Assembly: GCF_001194135.2 (NCBI RefSeq)
Contig: NC_068996.1
Span: forward strand, 4,389,257 to 4,453,256
Length of the DNA stretch: 64,000 bases
Reading direction: 5' to 3'
DNA from: Octopus bimaculoides
Lineage: Eukaryota
Position numbers and translations under genes: made by a program. The notes beneath the pieces are model-generated. The model was given only the letters and a program-made list of their open reading frames with translations. It searched no databases and had not been told where the DNA came from. Shown here piece by piece: positions 55,460 to 64,000 of this stretch. The stretch's first letter is position 1; each line of letters opens with the position of its first letter.

Positions 55460-55564
55460 GCATATATATGTATGTATATATATATGTGTGCATATACATA
55501 CATACACATATATAATCACTTCTCGGCCTTTTGGCTATGATCAAAGTATAGTATAGTATATATA

Positions 55565-55688
<124 letters not shown>

Positions 55689-55889
55689 CATACATACATA
55701 CTTACACACATACATACATACACACGTACATGCATACATACATACATAGAAAACTGACTTGCATTCTAAAGGCATGTAAGATAGTATTGGCATTTTTATT
55801 TTATTTTATTTGTTTTGTTTCAAGGGTATAATTTTGGTGACCTGTAGTTGGCAGTATGTTGGTAATATGTCACATTGCTATAAAATATT

Positions 55890-55921
<32 letters not shown>

Positions 55922-56600
55922 CATACACACACGTACGCACATACATACACACCCAAGAGACATATTCGCGTATATAGACACGTATATAGACACGTATATA
56001 GACACAGTTGTGCGTAGACAGACGCTTATACACAAAGTGACATACACGCACCACTACATCTGTACTGGATGAATATGTATTTAAAAACTTGGTCGAGTCC
56101 TAAGTACAGTTGTACATTTTATAATTACTCACTTCCGTCTCAAAAGTGTTTACACGTGGTTCACTAATGGAAGAAGAAAAAATAGAGATAAAAGTAGCCT
56201 ATAAGTACACGTGTATAGTTTCTGTGTTCTGTAGTTAAGAATATCTGTGCATGTGTTTGTATATATATATATATATATATATATTTGTTCCTCTGTATGC
56301 TTGTGTATAGGTCTTTCTACGTCTTTGAATGTGAATGTGCGTACGTACGTATGTGCGTAAGTGCGTGGTTTGTGTTATAATATATATCAGTATAACTACG
56401 CAGCCAAGCACGGGTTTAACTGAAAAGGTTAAGAGGTTAGTTACGCTTTCCAACAGTATATATACATGGTTCTGCACCGTGTTCGATCCCCACTCTGCGC
56501 CATCTTAGTCAAGTCTATTTATACCCATAGATTCGAGTCAACCCAAACTTAATTCCATTTAGCAACATGGAATCACCAACACACACGCACACACACACAC

Positions 56601-56672
<72 letters not shown>

Positions 56673-56804
56673 TCATGCTAATACATGTATATAAGCATAC
56701 ATGCATATACATAGCAATATAGTGTGTTGTAACCACATGTGAATCGTTGGCGCTTTTTTTTTTTCCTCCGTCTTACTTTTCTATTGGACTTTCTTCTGTC
56801 TCCT

Positions 56805-56839
56805 GTTTCTGAAGAAGAGTTTTGCTCGAAACGTAAAAC
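56805..56839 (+). ncRNA. Minimal hammerhead ribozyme motif
   Basis: GUUU-CUGAAGA-A-GAG(UUUUG)CUC-GAAA-C-GUA|AAAC; palindromic ACGU in place of stem III. Confidence 0.7.
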
Positions 56840-57138
56840 CACTTTTCTTTCCTTCCCTGAGCGTCTGCTAGTACTTTACATGTACCACGCCCTCATGTTG
56901 TTGTTTTTTGTGTTTGTTCTTTTTTGGGGGGAGGAGGGATTTCCGTCTTCCCGTCTTTGGACTTTTTCTATATTTCCTCTCGAAACCTGAAATCCACTTT
57001 CTTTTCTTTCCTTTCTTGAGCAACAGTACTTGTTCCACGTCCTCGCGTTGTTGCTTTTTCTTGCTTGTTCTTGTTTGGATTGACTATCGCTATCCACTAC
57101 ATAGTCTTTATTTTCTCTCCCTGTTTCTTTCCGTGTTC

Positions 57139-57174
57139 CTTTCTGTGGAAGAGCGTAGGCTCGAAACGTTAAAG
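57139..57174 (+). ncRNA. Minimal hammerhead motif with variant core (CUGUGGA)
   Basis: CUUU-CUGUGGA-A-GAGC(GUAG)GCUC-GAAA-C-GUU|AAAG; stems perfect, A6 replaced by U, GUU triplet. Confidence 0.55.
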
Positions 57175-58412
57175 ACTTTTTCACTTCCCAAGCGTTAAAC
57201 TGATACATTTGTTTGTTGTGTACACCACCTGTCTTCGTCCTTTGTTGTTTTGTGAATTCTCCCTATANNNNNNNNNNNNNNNNNNNNNNNNNNNNNNNNN
57301 NNNNNNNNNNNNNNNNNNNNNNNNNNNNNNNNNNNNNNNNATATATATACGCACATACAAGGATTTCAGTATATGCGGCTATATGCACCCAGTTGTCCAC
57401 TTTGGCATAAAGTTATTTTATGCCTCTGCGCTTGCATTCTTTACCAAGCATATTTCCCTGTTACTTTCTAAATATTCGCTTGTAAACACAAACTCATTTG
57501 CATGTATTTGTCTAAAATAATTCATATGACAAATATAAGATTTGTGCTAAACTGTAGAATATTATTGATTGTAATACGAAGTGGTTCGAATATATTTTTG
57601 AACCCGAATACAAGGTTTAGAAAATGAATCAAGTGAAAAATTATTGCCTTTGAACGTATAATGCGGATGTGCAGCCATCTTTGCAGTCGATGCAAAAAAA
57701 AAAAAAGATCCGCTGAAATTAGCTGCTAAATGTTCTTCAAATCGAAACCTACCAACTTGAGAGAACAACACATTATACGTATATATGTCGACTGAAGGCC
57801 ACAGTGGCCGAGAAAAAGATGAGATGGTCATGGTTTGAACGCTTTTCAAGGCTGATCTGGGCAAGTCAATACAAACACATATACACACATATGTAATTAT
57901 TAAAACAGTAGAATCTGTGGACATAAATAACGGTCTGCAGCGGCGGTGAAGGTTATATACGTATGTGTGCGTGTGCGTGTGCGTATGTGTGTGTGTATTT
58001 GTATAGACACATACATGCATACATATCGGCATAAATAAATGAGATCTGCATATATGTTCAAATACTCAAAACTCATAGAAAAACACTTAAATTTTAATGT
58101 TTTGATCAGTTTTTTGACAATCCAATAAAGGATTTGTGCATTGTTGTAATATAAAGTAAAGTAGCTCTCTCCTGTCTTGTTACTATTCGGTTTTAACTTT
58201 ATTTCAAGGTGGTGCTATTAAGATAGACATGGCCTGGGCCTACACTGGCTGAAAACTATCAAAGTTATCTAAGTTATATATCTAAGTTATATACTTGCTG
58301 TCATTTAGTGCCAGATCATCTGACGCTAAACTACGTTTAAAAGCACTCTAGTCACACCAATTCTGTCTTAGATATTCATTTTAAATACATAGAACTACAT
58401 TATCTACTGTCA

Positions 58413-58507
<95 letters not shown>

Positions 58508-58810
58508 ATAAGACACCAGGGTGTGATTTGAGGGTTATTTTGAACTGCTATTTGTAGTATGTCAAACGACCACTTAAAGGAAATTCTTCGTTGGATCATG
58601 TTTTGCTGTATGTTTGGTGTTGGTTTCGGCTCAACATTGGCAGCTGATAAAGACGAGTCGCTTCAAAGTCACTTCAAATAAATCTGTAACAGCTATATCA
58701 TATTTTCCATATATATATTCTGGTGTAATATTTCTATTTATCTTAGTACATGTTTGTCGTCGATGGAATTTATCTACATATATACATGTGTGTGTTTGTG
58801 TTTGTGTGTT

Positions 58811-58911
<101 letters not shown>

Positions 58912-60159
58912 CTGCGTATTTGTCTTTGATATGTTGAACATCTTGCCCTCATTATAAAGTATGAAAATATATGCTGCAAAATCTGCTATACACTTTATAT
59001 GCGGATGTCGTTGCTTAACACCCGGATCAGCCGGGATGGAACAGAACTATGCTAAAAAGTGCTCCAGCCTTGGCTTTGTTTTTCGTCTGCCTTTGTATTC
59101 CAAAGTCGATTTACTTAACATGCTGTTCTTCCTTTCCATGTGGGTAGCTTGTAATTTGAGGGAGATTTAGCTAATGTTTGCAGCGGATCGATTAAACGCA
59201 TGTGGCTCCTCTTGTAGGGTCAATAAAGAAGAGGTGCTATGACGAAACTGCAACCTATCTTGCGTGTATTGCATCCTGGGTAATTGCGTTTTCGGTAACA
59301 TCACGTAGCGTCCAACGTAAAAGGTTTGCCTTCCTTCTGGTACGTTTTTCCTTCTTTTCTTTTTGTGAGAATGGAGGGTAAACAATAAAGAAATTAGATT
59401 TCTTCGAGGATTGGTCAAAAGAACTAAAAAAACTAAGAAAGAAAAACAGAGAAAAGGAGGGAAGGAGAGATAAGAAGCATGAGATAGCGATAGAGAAAAA
59501 GTATTTTGAATTTTTGTTGGTGTGGTAACAAACCATATTGATGCTATTAATATTAATGTTGTTGTTAAAGGATGTCAAAATCAAAATCCGTACTAATGCT
59601 GTGGGGGAGGGAGAGAAAATTTAATTTTGACGTTTCGGAGGTACTTCTTTCGTCCGGAATATGCTTGTTATATTAATATGTAATAAATGTCATACCACTG
59701 GGTTTTAAAGCAGGCAAAATATAAAAAGCGAGCATTTATTTAATTTTTTAATAGGTTATAATGATGCAGGCCATATGGCTTCTCTCAAGGCTTCTATTTG
59801 AGAAGAGGACACCCGCTATTTTGTTTCAACGACCCTGTTCCTTGAAAGATAAAGCAAAGTTAAATTAAAAACCCTGGTAGAATTCGAACTCACATCGTGA
59901 CGGGTACGATTAAATACTGTGATAGCAGACAATATTGAGTCCATCATATCGTTTATAATAATAGCAACGATAACAACAAGCAGTTATTTAAAATAATGGC
60001 TGAAACTAAAAATAATTTCTTAAGATGGTATATATATATATATATATATATACATACATACATATATTAGTATATGATGGAAGCGACGAGAAAAATAATG
60101 AGATCACCGAGCTGAATGTTAAACTGATAGACATTGCAATGTTAAAGACAGCAGGACGG

Positions 60160-60350
60160 CGCCGAACAGGCAAGAATCGTTAGCCAGTCGGACAAAACGC
60201 TTAACGGCATTTCGTCCGTCTTTACGTTTGAGGTCAAACTTTTCTTTTCGTCCTTTTTGGGTCAACAAAATTAATATCAGTTACGCACTTGGGTCGACAC
60301 AATCCACTTAAATCCTCTCTTAAAATTTCTGGCCTTGTGCCAAACGTTGA
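60160..60350 (+). mobile_element. SINE family A with internal deletion
   Basis: caagaatcgttagccagtcggacaaaacgcttaacggcatttcgtccgtctttacg...cagttacgcacttgggtcgac. Confidence 0.8.
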
Positions 60351-60439
60351 GAGCAATATCAAAAGCATCGAGTTCAAATACCTCTACTGATAGTTAAGGA
60401 TTTTAGTGGGGTAGATGCAGGCTAGTTGAAGATTTTGTG

Positions 60440-60790
60440 ATAGGCATAGCTGCGTGGTTTCGAGTTCAGTACCATTGAGTGGTACCTTCGGCAAGTGTCC
60501 TCTACTATAGCCTTGAGTAGCCTGATGTGTGAATTTGGTCGAAGGAAAGCGTGCAGAAGTCCAGTAAATGTATGTGAGCTCGCGCAAGCGCTTGTATAGG
60601 TGTCCTTGAAATTGTGTTTGTCCCGCCACCATCGCTTAACAAGTGGTGTGAGTTTGTTTGCAACTTCGTCACTTGCAGATCGAAAGACAAAAATACAATA
60701 AGTACTGGGGGGGGGATGAGGGGACGAAACCCTTCAAAGCCGTGACCCAACATGGCCGCAGTCCAATGATTGAAACAAGCAAAAGATAAA
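60440..60790 (+). mobile_element. SINE family B, diverged
   Basis: gagttcagtaccattgagtggtaccttcggcaagtgtcctctactatagcc...ccaacatggccgcagtccaatgattgaaacaagcaaaagat. Confidence 0.75.
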
Positions 60791-61385
60791 ACGACAACAG
60801 TATGGTAATGGTGATACAGGTTGCTGCGATAACAGAGACAGTGGCGGCGACGGAGAGAGGGAGGCAGTAGTTGATACGGTGGTGGTGGTGGTGGTGGTAG
60901 CGGCGGCTTGGTGAAAAAAAAAAAAAAAAGATGTCGGTTTTCTGTGATGGTAGAGATACTAATAATGACAGCAGTAATGATAGTGGTAGTTGAGGCAATG
61001 TTGGTGGCGATGCAGGACGATCTGGTGGTGTTGGAAGCAGCGGTGAGGATAATGGTGGTGTTGGTGGTGGAGGTGGTGTTGGTGTAGAGGAGATACTTGA
61101 TTCGTAGTTATGTTGGTAGCGTTTATAATTCAAGTTGTTGTGATGGCATGGTGGATGTTAAACCTTACAAGAATGACAGTGATTCTTGAGATTCTGGTAA
61201 CGATGGTGGTGGCAGCGATGGTTTTAAGTATTCTATGACCGGATATTATCCTTCCAATTTAAACGGATGCGATTTCGTCTCGCACATGTGGTGTTTAAGC
61301 AGCAAGTGTATGGGTATATACATACACACAGGCACACACACACACACACACACGTATACACACACACACACACATATGTATGCTT

Positions 61386-61418
<33 letters not shown>

Positions 61419-61450
61419 AACACATATATACACTGACATATATATATATA

Positions 61451-61489
<39 letters not shown>

Positions 61490-62462
61490 ATATGTATATC
61501 TATGAATGTATGTATATATGTGTATATATGAATATGTGTATATGTAGGTATTTAAGTACAAACATATACCTGTATGTATGTGTGAGCGTGTGTGTGTGTA
61601 TGTGTGAGCGTCTGTGTGTGTGTGTGTGCGTGTGAGTGTGTGTGTGTGTGTATGTATGTGTGTGCGCATGTGTTTTTGCGAGTGTGTTTTGTGCCTCTTA
61701 ATATATTGATATAGATATACAAATAGATGCAATCATATGTATATACGCATGTCTATGCATACGCATACTCATACGTGTGTTGAGCGAGAGACAAGGGAAG
61801 AACCTTGCTTCCTAAATAGAAGGATACTCGTTTCAGAACTCCAGATGTCGGGTTCAATCCCCACTACCCAGCATGCAAGCCCGCCGAGGAGATTAGCAGA
61901 ATGAAAAAAAAACCCGTACCGTACTTTTCTAAGGCCCAACCTTATCTAACGTAATAACGTCGCAATGATTCTTGGCTGACGATTTCATTAAGCATACAGG
62001 TGTCTGTAACACACTACAACATAAAGACTGGCTTAGATGTTGACAGAACTACTGGGAGTAATCATTTCGTCAAAAGCCGGGCGAGAGTGATTTCAGCACA
62101 CACACACACACATACGCACACACATCTACATGTGCATATAACTGCTTGTGTATGTGAGTATGTATATGCATGTATTCGCCTGTATGTGTATGTGTGTGCT
62201 TATATATTATTTCTATTTATTTTTGTCGCTTTTCTTTTTTTTTTCTTTCAATGCATTAAATTAGACACACAGGGATATTTACACTAGCTAGACCCATGTC
62301 GTTCAAATAAAACAGACGGCAATGAATATAAGTGTAGATGTTAGTAGAATTCTATGTCTGTTTGTGGGTATATAATACTATGGTGACACATGTACATGCA
62401 CATATATACAAAATTGTATATCTGTGAATGTGTGTGTGCGTCAGTGAGACTGTATGCATATG

Positions 62463-62505
<43 letters not shown>

Positions 62506-62867
62506 GCACACACTCAGATATACATATATATATGCACGCAGAAAAATATTCAAAAACATGTATACTTACACACACGTACACACACACGTACACACACACG
62601 TACACACACACGTACACACGCTCACACATACGCACATTGAAACGCAATATCACATACGTAAAGAATCAATTATTTTTATTTTATATTATAAAATGGGTCA
62701 CAGATAGTCGACAATGTCAGTAAACGTGGAGTTTTTTTTTTAGTTTTTTTTTTTTTTACCAAATTTGAAAAGCCTCATTCGGCGAGACTTCGCTGTGACT
62801 GTCATGCATTTTAAAAGAAAACACTTGATTTTTCACACGTTTAGCGAGTTGTATGTATGTATGTATT

Positions 62868-62899
<32 letters not shown>

Positions 62900-63348
62900 T
62901 GTATGTATGTATGTATGTATGCGTACATGTACGAATGAATGCATTTGAAGTTTTGTTCTTGACATGATCTCGCCTGCTCCCGGCTTACCCACATTTTGTG
63001 ACATTTATAATCACTATTACCATTTCTGGTCCTTTTTCTCGTTGTAAACATTTGCCCATTGCATAACAGAAAACCCACATCATAACATACATATACTTTT
63101 ATTTTTATTCTATAGGGTTTTTTTCCTCGTTATAATTGTTTTAAAATTATTTGCTTATTTTTAATGTTACATTTTCTTTTATTCATGTATCAGCATCCTA
63201 ACAAATAGATTTTTCTTGTTCACTCTTCTTTTCCTCCTCCTCTTCCTCCTCCTCCTTCCACTATACCTTTCCCTGTTCCATTGTTTTTTCTGTATACGCG
63301 TATACACGTCGAAGTACCCCCGGGCGCATACGTATATTTTATTTGAAT

Positions 63349-63409
63349 ATTCACTCTACGGGTGAAGCATCCGTTTCGAGTTATTCCTAGTCCCTCATCA
63401 GGTGTGCAC
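63349..63409 (-). ncRNA. Full-size type I hammerhead ribozyme
   Basis: CACAC-CUGAUGA-GGG(ACUAGGAAUAA)CUC-GAAA-CGGAUG(CUU)CACCCG-UA|GAGUG. Canonical core and GUA triplet (63357/63356); one mismatch each in stems I and III; AATAAA about 10 nt after the site. Confidence 0.8.
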
Positions 63410-63969
63410 GATGCCCGTACGGCCGGTACACAGACATACCAACATAGACGTACACAGACACACATGTACATACATATTGGTGTGTGTATGCATACATATA
63501 TATGTATGTATGTATGTATACATGTATATATATGTGTGTGTATGTACGTATGTATGTATGTATGTATGTATGTATGTGTGTGTGTATGTATGTAGGTATG
63601 TATGCATGTATGCATGTATGTATGTATGTATATATGTATGTATGTATGTATGAATGGATGCATGTATGTATGTATGTGTGTATGTATGTATGTATGTGTG
63701 TATCTATGTATGTGTGTATGCATGTATGTATGTATGTATGTATGTATGTATGCATGTGTGTATGTTAGTCACCCATGTGAGTCTCTACCTTTTGGTTCCA
63801 TTACCATTCTGACACTTTTGCTCCACTTCTCTTCTACAACCCGCTTTTCGTCTTTCTCCTTTCATGTTTTTCACCCGCTTCAACCTCTCCTTCTTAATAC
63901 ATACATACATACATACATACAAACATACGTATATACATACATAAATACATATGTCTGTATGTATGTATG

Positions 63970-64000
<31 letters not shown>

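Larger units (their letters stand above)
56765..57267 (+). mobile_element. Three tandem ~155-180-bp PLE-LTR-like units
   Basis: The units share ggactt...ctcgaaac...cttccc.gagc...tac...ttgttgttt; GAAA motifs at 56828, 56982 and 57163. Confidence 0.7.

Noticed and set aside
57792-57815. CUGAA-GGCCACAGUGGCC-GAGAAA as a hammerhead
   Set aside because: The core lacks two nucleotides and GAAA is disrupted; only a 13-bp palindrome remains.

Overview
AT-rich eukaryotic, gapped-scaffold DNA saturated with microsatellites ((TG)n, (TACA)n, (TATC)n, (GA)n, (TAA)n, (CAT)n) and tRNA-derived SINEs. From recalled repeat families I infer an octopod cephalopod (Octopus-like); this was not database-checked. 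No intact protein-coding gene, rRNA, true tRNA or CRISPR array is visible, and almost all ORF-track entries are translations of simple repeats or N gaps. Supportable content: at least four SINE families (some in head-to-tail arrays), remnants of RTE-like and R4/Dong-like LINEs, a hAT element with a transposase C-terminal remnant, TIRs and an 8-bp TSD, and a Penelope-like element (PLE) GIY-YIG endonuclease remnant. A few candidate short spliced exons occur on both strands. The most interesting signal is a set of five hammerhead-ribozyme (HHR) motifs at 4744-4802(-), 53997-54087(-), 56805-56839(+), 57139-57174(+) and 63349-63409(-). One lies directly 3' of the PLE endonuclease and has a stem II expanded by palindromes. 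One is a near-canonical full-size solo HHR, and two are minimal HHRs in a three-unit tandem array. All folds were derived by eye.
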